Below, one piece after another: positions 12,996-26,900 of a DNA stretch of 64,000 nucleotides. Below the pieces are notes generated by a model that saw nothing but the letters and a program-made list of their open reading frames with translations, was not told the DNA's origin and made no database searches. Source of the stretch: Anaeramoeba ignava BMAN (lineage: Eukaryota; Protista; Anaeramoebae); contig JAPDFW010000118.1 of assembly GCA_028826165.1 (NCBI GenBank), forward strand, positions 110,527 through 174,526. The letters are read 5' to 3'. How positions within the stretch are numbered: the first letter of the stretch is position 1; each line of letters opens with the position of its first letter. Both the position numbers and the translations under genes were made by a program.

Positions 12996-14861
12996 ATGGA
13001 ATTTTTTATCAACCTAATTTAATTTTTTAAATCAATTACTCAAGAAAATATTACTGAACTTAAAATTTTAGATGTAAATTCAATCATTTTTCTTTTTTAT
13101 TTTTAAATTTTTGTTTTTGTCTTTTTGATTTATTTTTTTTTTTAATTTAAACTATGAAAAAAATTTTAATTTAATTTTTATAATTTTATTTTTAATTTTA
13201 ATGAGTTTTAATTTTTATTTTTTTTTTAATTTTAATTCTAATTTTAATTTTTTTATTATTTATTAATTTATTAAAAATAAAATTGGAATTTTTGTTAATT
13301 CAATTTTAATTTAATTTTTAATTCTAATTTTAATTATAATTCTAATTTTAATTCTAATTTAAAATTTTAATTTTAATTTAATTCAATTTTAATTTTAATT
13401 TAATTTTAATTTTAATTTTAATTTTAATTTTTTAATTATAATTTTAATTTTTAATTCTAATTTTAATTTTAATTTTAATTTTTAATTTTAATTTTAAATT
13501 CTAATTCAAATTTTAATTTTAATTATAATTTTAATTCTAATTTTAATTTTATTTTTTAATTTCTAATTTTAATTCTAATTCTAATTTTAATTATAATTTT
13601 AATTATAATTTTAATTTTAATAAATGAATTCTAATTTAATTTTCTAATTCCAATTCTAATTCTAATTTTAATTTAATTTCTAATTTTAATTTTAATTTTT
13701 TTTTTTTAATTTTAATTTTAATTCTAAATTCTAATTTTAATTTTAATTCTAATTTAATTTTAATTTTAATTCTAATTCTAATTTTAATTATAATTTTAAT
13801 TCTAATTAAATTTAATTTTAATTTAATTCTAATTCTAATTCTAATTTAATTCTAATTCTAATTTAATTTTAATTTTAATTATAATTCTAATTTTAATTTT
13901 AATTCTAATTCTAATTTAATTTTAATTCTAATTTTAATTTTATAAGTGAATTCTAATTTTAATTTTAATTCTAATTTTAATTTTAATTTTAATTTTAATT
14001 CTAATTTTAATTCTAATTTTAATTATAATTCTAATTTTAATTCCAATTTTAATTTTAATTCTAATTTTATAAATGAATTTTAATTCTAATTCTAATTTTA
14101 ATTTTAATTTTAATTCTAATTTTAATTATAATTCTAATTTTAATTTAAATTTAATTTTATAAATGAATTCTAATTATAATTCAAATTTTAAGAAAACTTT
14201 ATTCCCTTATGAATATCCTGATTCTCATTATCAAAAATTATTTGAAGAAGGTTTTTATTCACAAATTGCACTTGATCCAAATTCAACTAAAGTTTGGATT
14301 TTTTTAAAATTGAAATTCAAAATTAAAAAATATGTTTTGTTTTTCTAATTTAAAAAAAAAGGTTATTGGAGAAATCACAGCAAAAATTGAACCAAATTTT
14401 TCTGGTTGTTTAACAAAACCTCATCAAAGTGCTTATATATTAGTATATTTTCCAAAAACAAGAAATTTGAAAAAATTAAAAATTTAAAAAATTAAAAAAT
14501 TAACAAGACATTTGGAGTTGCAGAAGAAATGAGAAGAAAAGGAATTGGAACTGAATTATTTCAAAGATTACTTTCTGAAATCAGACAACATGAAAAAATA
14601 GAAGAAGTTACACTTCATGTTAATTGTCAAAATGAATCAGCAATTGGATTGTATCGTAAATTAGGGTTCTCTATCGATACTAAAATTCATAATTATTATC
14701 AATATCATGGAAAATATCATGATGCTTATTGGATGATTTATGAAATTTCTTGTGGAGAAAAAGAAAAAAAAGAAAAGAATAAAAAATCCTTTTCTGGTTT
14801 TTGTCAAAATGTGAAAATGTGTTGTGGAAGTATTTATAATACTTATAAGTTATTTTTTTAA
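12996..14861 (+). CDS. NAA60: N-alpha-acetyltransferase of the NAA50/NAA60 GNAT group, most like NAA60
   Basis: Exons 12996-13073 (compensating indels in T runs), 14193-14291, 14362-14442 and 14508-14861. Motifs: LFPYEYPDSHY, AYILTFGV...RRKGIG, LHV...NESAIGLY...GF...NYY. Cys-rich C-terminal extension as in NAA60. Confidence 0.7.
13210..14185. repeat. Hexamer satellite (AATTTT/AATTCT) filling NAA60 intron 1
   Basis: Directly visible. Confidence 0.92.
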
Positions 14862-15007
14862 ATTTAAATTCAAAATAATAAATTGATTAAAAATTTTCTT
14901 TTTTTATGAGACTTTTTAGTTAAATTTAAAAACTTTAAAAAAAACTTAAAAAAAATGGAAAAAAAAAAAAACTTTTATGATGATTTCTTATTAAAATTGA
15001 TTAAAAA

Positions 15008-18000
15008 TTAAAAATCATCTTCAACTCTTGTGAAAGGAATAATTGAATGTTCTTCAAATTCACCTCTTCCACAACAACCTTTAGCCATAGAACGCATTCC
15101 ACCAGTGATATTTTTAACGTTATTGAATCCATGTTGACGAAGAACTCTCAAAGCAAAATAACCTCTTTGACCAGCAAGACAATGAACAATGACTTCTTTA
15201 TTCTTATCAATTTTATGCATATTTTCTCTGAATTTGTTTTCGAAATCAACTAACAAAGCATCAGGAAGATGAGAGATTTGATATTCTTCAGGAGTTCGAA
15301 CATCGATAACTTGAATATTTTCTTTGTTTTTCTTCATTTTTTCTTTGAAGTCATCAAGTGTGATATTTGTTGATTCTCCTCGAATATGATTAGCAGCAAC
15401 CATTCCAATTTGGTTGACACATTCTTTTGCTTTTCCGAATTGAGGTGAATAACAAAGATCGAGATCTTCAAGATCAAAAACTGTCATGTTTGCAGAAATT
15501 GCTGTTGATATTGTGTCGATTTTTTTGTCTACTCCTTCTTTTCCCATTGCTTGTGCTCCTAAAATTCTTCCTGTTTTTTCTTCTGCTATTAAGACAAAAC
15601 TAACGATTGAAAATCCTGGATAATATGAAACATGATATGGTAAATGAGTTTCTGCAACTGTGTATTTGATTCCAAGTTTTTTGCATTGATTAATTGTTAA
15701 GCCTGTTCTTCCTATTCCGTATCCGAATAAGCTAATAATAGCAGTACCGAGTGATCCACTATTTGATTTAATTTTAAATATTTGATTTAATTTAATTTTT
15801 AAATATTTAATTTAATTTAATTTAATTTGATTTAATTTTAAATATTTGATTTTAAATATTTGATTTGATTTCAATTTAATTTAATTTTTAAAGATTTGAT
15901 TTAATTTAATTTGATTTAATTTAATTTGATTTAATTTAATTTAATTTTATTTTATTTAAATATTTAAATATTTAATTTAATTTAATTTGATTTTAAATAT
16001 TTAATTTATAATATTTGATTTAATTTAATTTGATTTTAAATATTTAATTTAATTTAATTTAATTTAATTTAAATTTAAATATTTAATTTAATTTGATTTG
16101 ATTTAATTTAATTTTAATTTAATTTGATTTGATTTAATTTAATTTAATTTAATTTTAAATATTTAATTTAATTTGATTTTAAATATTTGATTTTAAATAT
16201 TTAATTTAATTTATTTTTAAATATTTAATTTAATTTGATTTAATTTGATTTAATTTAATTTTAAATATTTAATTTAATTTAATTTAATTTAATTTTAAAT
16301 ATTTAATTTAATTTAATTTAATTTAATTTGATTTTTAATTTTAAAGATTTAATTTAATTTTGAATATTTTGAAACAAACCGGAATCGCATGTTTCCACCT
16401 GCTGCATTTGCACCTGCTACTCTTCCCTGTTTATTTGCAGGGCCAGCAAGAGCAAATCTATCCAAAGTATTTGTTAAAATACTTTTACTCAAAACAGCAT
16501 CACCAGCAGCATAAACATCAGGATGATTAGTAGAACATCTATCATCAATAGGAATATAACCACGATCATCAAGAGTAATACCAGAATCCTTCAAAAATGC
16601 TGTATCAGGAAAAACTCCCAAAGACAATATTCCGAGATCAAGAGGGATTTTCTTTCCAGATTGAAGAACTGCTTCTGTTGCGCGATTTCTTGCATCAGTT
16701 TCAAAATGAGAAATTCCATCATTTAATATAAATTTGATTCCTTTAATTTCACAAAGAGTTTGAGTTTTTCTGGAAATATCAATATCCATTGTGAGTCCGA
16801 AAACATTCGGAAGAAGATCAATAACTGTAACATTCATTCCAAGTTTGTGGAAATTTTCTGCGACTTCCATTCCAATATATGATGCTCCAACTATAACTAC
16901 ATTTTTTGTCTCGCTTTCTTGTAAATATCTTTTTATCAACTCACTATCAGGTATTGTTTTTAATGGGAATAAGTTCTTTGCACGAAATGTCGGATTTCGT
17001 GGGATTATTGCTTTCGCTCCTGGTGATAAAATTAGCTTGTCAAATTCTTCACTGAATTCTTTTTTGTTATCTAAATCTTTCACATATACTTTTTTGGAAT
17101 TTAGATCTATTTTGGTTACTTCGTGATTAACTTTCATGTCAACCCGAAATTGATCCCAAAATTCTGCTGGTGTTCGAAGAAGTAAATCTCCTCTGGTTGG
17201 GATTGTATTACTGATATAATAAGGAAGACCACAATTTCCAAAACTTGCTATAATTCAAATCAAATATTTAAATTAATATTTAAATCAAATATTTAAATCA
17301 ATATTTAAATCAAATATTTAAATCAAATATTTAAATCAAATATTTAGATTAATATATAAATTAATATATAAATTAATATATAAATCATCAATATTTAAAT
17401 CAAATATTCAAATCATCAATATTTAAATTAATATTTAAATTAATATTTAAATTAATATTTTAAATTAATATTTAAATTAATATTTAAATTAATATTTAAA
17501 TTAATATTTAAATTAATATTTAAATTAATATTTAAATTAATATTTAAATTAATATTTAAATTAATATTTAAATTAATATTTAAATTAATATTTAAATTAA
17601 TATTTAAAATTAATATTTAAATTAATATTTAAATTAATATTTAAATTAATATTTAAATTAATATTTAAATCAAATATTTAAATTAATATATAATTTAATA
17701 TATAAATTAATATATAAATCAAATATTTAAATTAAATATTTAAATTAATATATAAATCAAATATTTAAATCAAATATTTTAAATTAATATATAAATTAAT
17801 ATTTAAATCAATATATAAATCAAATATATAAATCAAATATATAAATCAAATATATAAATCAATATTTAAATCAAATATTTAAATCAATATATAAATTAAT
17901 ATATAAATTAATATATAAATCAAATATTCAAATCAATATATAAATTAATATTTAAATCAAATATTTAAATCAATATTTAAATCAAATATTTAAATCAAAT

Positions 18001-19592
18001 ATTTAAATCAAATATTTAGATTAATATATAAATTAATATATAAATTAATATATAAATCATCAATATTTAAATCAAATATTCAAATCATCAATATTTAAAT
18101 TAATATTTAAATTAATATATAAATCATCAATATTTAAATCAAATATTCAAATCATCAATATTTAAATTAATATTTAAATTAATATTTTAAATTAATATTT
18201 AAATTAATATTTAAATTAATATTTAAATTAATATTTAAATTAATATTTTAAATAATATTTAAATTAATATTTAAATTAATATTTAAATTAATATTTAAAT
18301 TAATATTTAAATTAATATTTAAATTAATATTTAAATTAATATTTAAAATTAATATTTAAATTAATATTTAAATTAATATTTAAATTAATATTTAAATTAA
18401 TATTTAAATTAATATTTAAATCAAATATTTAAATTAATATATAATTTAATATATAAATTAATATATAAATCAAATATTTAAATTAAATATTTAAATTAAT
18501 ATATAAATCAAATATTTAAATCAAATATTTAAATTAATATATAAATTAATATTTAAATCAATATATAAATCAAATATATAAATCAAATATATAAATCAAA
18601 TATATAAATCAATATTTAAATCAAATATTTAAATTAAATATTTAAATTAATATATAAATCAAATATTTAAATCAAATATTTAAATTAATATTTAAATTAA
18701 TATTTAAATTAATATATAAATCAAATATTTAAATTAATATTTAAATTAATATTTAAATCAAATATATAAATTAATATTTAAATCAAATATATAAATCAAA
18801 TATATAAATCAAATATATAAATTAATATATAAATTAATATATAAATTAATATATAAATCAAATATATAAATCAAATATATAAATCAAATATATAAATCAA
18901 ATATTTAAATCAAATATTTAAATAAACATTTAAATCAAATATTTAAATCAAATATTTAAATAAACATTTAAATTAATATATAAATCAAATATTTAAATTA
19001 ATATATAAATCAATATTTAAATTAATATTTAAATTAATATTTAAATTAATATTTAAATTAATATTTAAATTAATATTTAAATTAATATTTAAATTAATAT
19101 TTAAATCAATATTTAAATCAATATTTAAATCAAATATTTAAATCAAATATTTAGATTAATATTTAAATTAATATTTAAATTAATATATAAATCAAATATT
19201 TAAATCAAATATTAAAATTAATATTTAAATCAAATATATAAATTAATATTTAAATTAATATATAATTTAATATTTTTTGGATTAGGAATAATAATTTTTG
19301 TTTACGATAAGGTCCTTTTTCGAAAACAGTAATTTTAGCTGATTCATTAATTCTTCTTGCTTTTGCTGCTGCTGTAGCTCCACCTGCAACCTTTTTTTTA
19401 ATTGGTTTTTTTTTAATTGGTTTTTTTTTTAATTGGTTTTTTTTTTAATTGGTTTTTTTTTTAATTGGTTTTTTTTTTTTAATTTAATTTTACTCCTCCA
19501 ACAACAACTATTTTTGGAGCTTGTTGTGCAAATAAACGAGTTAAATGAGAAAAATCAAATCTTTTTGGTTTTAAAATTTGTGAAGAAAGCAT
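15008..19592 (-). CDS. CoA-disulfide reductase / NAD(P)H persulfide reductase with C-terminal rhodanese domain (CoADR-RHD, Npsr-like) and N-terminal organelle presequence
   Basis: Exons 19592-19494, 19390-19306, 17247-16380 and 15758-15008, all GT-AG and in frame. Motifs: KIVVVGGVAGGATAA (FAD), SFGNCGLPY (redox Cys), VIVGASYIGMEVAE, TNHPDVYAAGD, LCYSPQF, rhodanese IDVRTPEEY and VHCLAGQRG. Confidence 0.92.
15760..16350. repeat. Pentamer-based satellite (AATTT/GATTT) in CoADR intron 3
   Basis: Directly visible. Confidence 0.9.
17255..19275. repeat. 12/13-nt minisatellite (AATATTTAAATT, AATATTTAAATCA) with a higher-order duplication, CoADR intron 2
   Basis: Directly visible. The diagnostic variant TATTTAGATT...AATCATCAAT occurs at 17341 and again at 18013. 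Confidence 0.95.
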
Positions 19593-19849
19593 TTTTTTTT
19601 TAATTAAAAATTTAAATTTAAAAAATAAACTTTAAATTTGAAAAATAAAGATAAAAATGATTTTTTTTTGATTTGGATTTTTTTTTTATTTTTCGATTTA
19701 AAATTAAAAAAGAAACCCTTAAACACGTAAAAAAAAAAATAAAAAAAAAAAAAATAAAAGTGAAAGAAATCAAATTTAATTAAAAAAACAATTCCATTTG
19801 TACTGATCTCTTATTCAAATTTGATTAATTGAATTTCACTTAAATTTAT

Positions 19850-20830
19850 TTTAAAATTAATTTACAAATGTTTATTTATTTTAAATTAAATTTTATTCCA
19901 CTTTTTATTCTAAATTAAATTTATTTCATTTATTTATTTTAAATTAAATTTATTTCACTTTTTATTTATTTTAAATTAAATTTATTCCACTTTTTATTTA
20001 TTTAAAATTAAATTTATTTTATTTATTTCATTTAAAATTAAATTTATTCCATTTATTTATTTTAAATTAATTTTATTCCACTTTTTATTTTAAATTAAAT
20101 TTATTTCATTTATTTATTTTAAATTAAATTTATTTTATTTATTTTAAAATTAAATTTATTCCACTTTTATTTATTTTAAAATTAAATTTATTCCATTTAT
20201 TTATTCCAAATTAAATTTATTCCATTTATTTATTTTAAATTAAATTTATTTTATTTATTTTAAATTAAATTTATTCTATTTATTTTAAATTAAATTTATT
20301 TCATTTATTTATTTTAAATTAAATTTATTAAATTTATTTATTTTAAAATTAAATTTATTCCATTTATTTATTTTAAATTAAATTTATTCCACTTTTATTT
20401 TAAATTAAATTTATTCTATTTATTTTAAATTAAATTTATTAAATTTATTTATTTTAAAATTAAATTTATTTCATTTATTTATTTTAAAATTAAATTTATT
20501 CCACTTTTATTTATTTTAAAATTAAATTTATTCCATTTTTTATTTATTTTAAATTAAATTTATTCCATTTATTTTAAATTAAATTTATTCCATTTATTTA
20601 TTTTAAAATTAAATTTATTCCATTTATTTATTTTAAATTAAATTTATTCCATTTATTTATTTTAAATTAAATTTATTCCATTTATTTATTCCAAATTAAA
20701 TTTATTCCACTTTATTTATTTAAAATTAAATTTATTCCACTTTTTATTCCAAATTAAATTTATTCCACTTTTTATTTATTTTAAATTTATTTATTTTATT
20801 TATTTTATTTAAAATTAAATTTATTCCAGT
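19850..20830. repeat. Intergenic tandem repeat, about 30-nt unit (TTTTAAATTAAATTTATTCCA[C]TTTATTTA)
   Basis: Directly visible between the SPG11 stop codon and the CoADR start. Confidence 0.9.
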
Positions 20831-20942
20831 TTTGTTTGTGAAATTCTTTTAGATAAATTCACACAAAAAGTAAAAAGAAAAGAAAAGAAAATAAAAGAAA
20901 AGAAAATAAAAGAAATGAAATAAAAACTTTTTTCTCTTTCAT

Positions 20943-23900
20943 TTAAACTTTAATTTCGGGAAACGAATCCTCAATCTTTTTCATTAAATCTATAAACCCT
21001 AACTCTTTGGCTACTTGATATTGAAAAGCTCGATCTTCAATAAAATTAAAAACAAAAAGAAAACCTTCTTTCCATCTCGCATCCATTTTTTTATGACGAA
21101 CTTGTAACTTAAAAGTCTTAACAAGCTCAGCAACAAGAGAATTTGGAATGAGAAAAACTTGCAAATAATTCATAAAATACCCAAAATTTTGTCTTAATAT
21201 AACTTGATGAAATATAGATTTAACCCAAGCTTGCTGAGTGCCAAGTCCAAAATACTCAGCAAAAATTAACGCATCAAAAAAATTGTAGAGCTTTTGCGAC
21301 ATGATCTCAAGAAGCTGCAGATCAGGATTCCAATTAGATTTTTTAATCGGGGTCAAATTGGGGTTTACATTTGCATTTATATTCAAGTTGACATTTACAC
21401 GGTCATTGACATTACTTCGAGTGGAATAGGCACCTTGCTTTGGACGTAAGTTCTTCTTGGCATTAGCAGATTTGGGGGTGTCTTTATTGGGGGATTTATT
21501 TGGGTTAATAAGAATAGGTTCAATTTTCGCATTGATCAAATTCAGCCAGAGATTCCTTCCTTGAAGCGAGGCAATAGAACACAAACTGAAGCAAACAACC
21601 ATTTTTTGATGGCATCCGGCCTTCTCAAACTCCTCAGCAGCGTTATAACATGTCTCGCCAATTTCCTGCAAACGGCGATAAACTTCATCGAAGCTCTTGC
21701 GTTTTTTATGAGGCTCAAATTGGCTCAAATCATCACGAACATGAGACAACAAAAACTCGCCCAAATTCCTGTGCATTTTGAGATGGAAAAGAACACTAAG
21801 AATAGATTTTTCTTCGTGTTTCTTGCTCTCCTTTTTTAGTGATCTCGAAAGAACATTTAGCACTTCAGGCCTTGTTTCACCACTTGTGATCTGGCCGGGT
21901 ATTGATCCAAGTTCCTTATCATCGACCAAAATATCGAAGATCTGCTCGAGATGAACGGGATTTGTAAGGTTTAAAAGAAGAAGAGAGAGCTGGTCATATT
22001 TCTGTTTTGATCGGTAAACCAAGATTTTGGACTGAATAAAATGTTCCACTTTTCCAATTTCGTTGAACGAATAAGACACACGAAAACATTTGTGCGCCTG
22101 AATCAAAACACGCACCTCGCCATCAGTGTTGAACAACATTTTCGTTTTTTGGGCGTATTTCTCTTTCAATAGATCAAGCAGTTTTGTCGCTATTATTTCT
22201 GGATTTCTAGAAATTGCTACAAATTTCTCGAAACGTTTCAGAAAAGCTGTGAAGCGTATTTTGAACGTCTCATCAAGATCAGGATCATTGATGTGAGAAA
22301 ACGCGCGATTGAAGAAAATCTCTGCAAGTATTTCCGCAACAGTGCGGTCATTCAACTTGTAGAAATCATGAAATATCTGCACAAAAGTAAGCGAGTCTTC
22401 ATTTTCACAATTGACAAGTAAACGGAAAGTTTTATAAGGAGAACTTTCAACTTCACTGAAACTAATAGAAAGCAATTTCGAAATTTGATATGTAACCAGA
22501 ATAAGTTGGCAATAACTTTTACAGCTCCGAACCATTCGAGTTAAGTATCGGATCGCCTTCTTTTTTGATCTCAAATGTGGTATTTCTGCTTTTCGAGAAC
22601 TGAGAATATCCACCAATGAATTCATTTCGTTTGAAATCGTTCGCTCAGAATCCATCTCCTCAGAACTGGCAATCTGGTAACATGCGCGAATTAGTCGAAA
22701 TTCCTGGTTTTGGTATCCAAATTGCTGGCAAAGTGATTCTGCTTGTTTCACATTGTTTTTGCTAAGAAGTTCCGAAATTATCAAATCGAGTATTTCTTGA
22801 TGGCGAGTCGAGTATTGTGATGAATCCAAAAGGTTTTTTGCTTGTTTGAATTTTTCGGCTCTCTTATTAAAGGCTTTTTTATAAGCGCAATAAATTTCAT
22901 GGCAATTCAAATTTACATTTACATTTTCATTTAAATTTCCATTTGAATTTTCTTTTAAATTTTCATTTGAATTTTCATTTAGATTTTCTTTTAAATTTTC
23001 TTTTGAATTTTCATTTAGATTTTCTTTTGAATTTTCTTTTGAATTTTCATTTGAATTTTCAATTAAACTTTTTAAATTTAAACTGGATTTTTCGTTTAAA
23101 TTTTCAAACTCATTCTTCTTTCGTGGATTTGGTAATATCACAAAAAAACTATCTGGTAAAGGCCAATGCCCAATCTCCTTTGCAAAAGACTAATAATCTT
23201 GACTTGAGAAGAAAGATGGTCAAAATAATCACGATACTTTCCATTGTGTTTCATATTAAGTTCTTGAACCCGCGAAATTCCTCTTTCAACAAGGAATTGA
23301 TATTCTTGCGCATTAAGTCCAACACTTCGAGTCCATTTCTCAATTTCTGAGAAATAAAACTCAACCACAACCTTCTTGCTGCATTTTTTCTTGTGGAAAA
23401 GCTTCTCGCACTTGTCCCATAAAACCCGCTTTTTAAGTCGCACTTTTTCACCAGAACGTCCAAGTCTCTTGTTGCTGCTCATCAAAGACAAAGCCTCTTG
23501 AAGAACTACAGATGCTGTTGAGATCCCTGCCTCAGACGCAAACTCCCGCGCTAAACGGAATTGCCTCATACTAATTAATTTCCTGATTATTTCATAAGGA
23601 TCTCCAAATATGTCTTGGAATTGCGGTTCTTCATTCATTTTGACAGCTATAAAATTCCCAAAAGAAAATTTTTGTAAAATTTCGTGCATTCGGAAAAATT
23701 TCGCAAAAAAACTTGAGAAAACTCGTGATTTTGATGCGGATTCGAGGAGAATCTTGGGATTTGTTGACGGAACAGAAAATTTGCTAACCGCTTTTTGGAT
23801 CATGTTGATAGATATCTGCTTGATCCAATCTGGATTGTTTGCGAAAATTCGTTGCTTTGCTTCTTTTTGCTTGTTATTCTCCATCTCTTCAAAATTAATA

Positions 23901-26900
23901 TCGAAATTGTTGATCTCTTGGCGCATTTTAGCGAATTGATGGCGATAAAAATGATGTAATGCCTTCAATATATTCTTAAGAGGATTATAGCTGTCAAAAA
24001 TGACAAGCGCACGATATAATTGGAACGGAAATTCTGAAGATAAATAAATAACAACATTGGCGAATTGTTCTTCAGTGAATTCCTCAGAATCCAAATACTC
24101 TCCAATTTCCTCAACCAATTTTTCTTGTGGAGTTTCTAAGAATCTGTTGAATATTTTCTTCTTTGATTCCAAATCATCAAGAAAATCAAGTCCAACAACT
24201 GAAAGAAAATATCCAATCATACAAGATATCGCTTTCGAGCCTTTCAAAATATCCACAACAACACAATAGAATGGTTGGCGAGTTTCCATCGAATAACTCA
24301 TTAGTGTCTTTGCGCTGCATCTCTTTTGAGAATACGCCAAAATGTTTGAAATGTAGTTTCTAAACTTCTTTTTATTCTGATTTTCCTTATTGAAAAATTC
24401 GCCATCTTTCTCGCAATTTTGAGCTCGATAAACTCGATAGAAAATATGCTGAGAAACATTTTGGAATGCTTGTTTGTGCTCTGCACTTTGGAAATCGCTG
24501 GATTCAATTAGCTTGAAAAGATGTGATTCATCAACCTTCATTTTCCATGCAAAACGTAAAAATCCAATAACATCTCCTTTTTTGATAAATTGCTTCAAAA
24601 TCTCATCCTTCAACTTTTCACGTGAAAAAGCTGCGGAAAATTGTCCGATCATCTCGAAAAAATCCTGGTTATAATTCTCGGTTTTTTGGTAATGAACAAC
24701 AATATTTGAAAAAAGAATATCCTCAATTTTGTTTGCAATTTTTTCAACAGAAATTTCAAACGGATATTGAATTTGAGTAAATTCGCAAATTAGGTTCTCT
24801 CGAATTTCTTCTGGAGATGTATTTTGTGTTGAACATCGCCATTTGTATATGAAATTAAGTGCAGAAATCACAATATTTAATTGCGTTGAATACGTTCCTA
24901 AAATTTCCAAATAAGAAACACATGTTGAACTAATTCTTTTGTTGGTAAATGACAAAATCCCTGCATAAAAAATGCTGTTGATTATCCACTGAATGTTCTG
25001 TTCAAAAACTCGTTCGAATATTTGTTTCGATATTGATATCTTCGATGTTGAAAGAAACGCCCTTATTGATCTCCCATTGATTAATAAAATGGGTATATTT
25101 CCAAGTAGAAAATTTGGAAGTGCATTTTTCTGTTCAAAATTAATCGCAAAATATGTGTTTTTTTGTGATATCAACGTGAATAACTCTGGAGAATACGATT
25201 TGCCAAGAAATCCAAGAAGATTCCAATCGCTTCTTGGAGAAACAAACTCTGTGCATTTGATTTCAGAAGAATATTTGGGATTTAGTTTTTGGAAAAATTG
25301 ATCAGGATTAAAAAATGTTGAAAATTTAATGAAATTCTCATAAAACTGTTTTTTCTCAAATTCTTTAAGAGCATTTCTGAAGTTTTCAGAAAATAATCCA
25401 GGAAGATGCGCAGCAATACCTATTCGCACTAATATGTTCATTCTCGTGCTTATAATACTTGTGTTGATTTCATTCACCCCAATGTTTTTTTGAAGATATC
25501 CTTTGCTGTCAACAAAAATCAATTCTGTAATTTTGTTTTGATATTCTTCATTTTTCATTTGACTTTCATTTAAATCAATTCCAAATTTGCTCAATCGAAG
25601 AATCCATGCATTTTTTTGTGTTAATTCTTTTGGAATTTTCTTGCAAGTCTCGTAAAATGCTTCAGGATTTCTTTTCGATAGATGAATAAGTATATTAACC
25701 AATGAATTTTCACTGCAAACTTCTCCAAATTCTTTGATAAGATCCGAAGAAAACAGGAGAAAATTATTCTTGGATTCAAATAAACTGAATGAATAGCATA
25801 ATATTTGAATTTTTCTGTCAAACCGATCGAAATAGAAAATCTTCTTTTGATCCATTTTTTGATTTCTTGATTCTTGAATAATAGTTGAAAGAACTTGATA
25901 TTGTCGCCATTGCTTCATATATGCAAATAATTTGGGAAGAATTTCCATCACAATTCCCCAATGATCCTGTTTAGAAATGATATTTTTCAACAACTCCAAA
26001 ATTGGTTCAAATTGCGAATGTGAAAGATGATAAAATAATTTTTCATAAACAAAATCATTGTAATTTTTGCTTTCATCTTCAATAGGAAAAATTTGATCAC
26101 CAAATTGTTTCGAGAAATTTTGTTTGATATCAAGAAATATTTTGAAACGATTTCTGGGTGACAAACAATGCTTGATCCATAACGGTTTTGCTGCGAAATA
26201 TAAGCGTGAAAATTTGTTGGTTTTGGATTCAATTTTTTCAGTTGATTTTTTTGGAAAAATAATTCTATCGATATGAGGAAATAGACTTTTTTCGTTTAAA
26301 TTGCGAGGAAAAATATCGCCAGCATAGTATTCTTCTTCCTGGATTAGAGGATCGAAATCTTTCCAGAATTCAAAAACATCTTTCTGGGTGATTATTGTTT
26401 GTGAAATTGCATTTGAAAATTTTTCAAATTGCAGTGATTCTCGGAGTGTATTCTTGACTTTCCTCAGTTGGCTTGAATAAACCTTGGAATAATCATCTGT
26501 AACATGGATCAAGCTGTTCTGGAGATTCTCGATCGATTTGATCAATTCAAGAGGCGTTTTTATTTCTTGGATTTGCTGATCATTCTGCAATAACAATATT
26601 TGATTGCGAATCTTCTTGATAACTGTGTTGGATAAAATTGTATTTAGAAACTTGGTTTTGTGTGTGGATCCAAAGCCTCCAAGAATTTTCAATGCTGTTT
26701 TGCTGTCTCCATGTCTGAAGAAAATGTATGCAATTTTAGAGGCGAAAATTTTTAAAAAGGAGAAGAGAGAAATTTCCAAATTGAGATCTTTAGCTGTCAT
26801 TTTTAATTGATAATCCTCTTTTAAATTTAAAAATATATTATTTTGCAAAAATGATGGATTGCTGGAAATGATTGAAATGGAAGAAGAGATGTTGCTATCC

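Noticed and set aside
19850-20830. CRISPR-like array
   Set aside because: Degenerate tandem AT repeat with no unique spacers, no cas genes, and a eukaryotic context.
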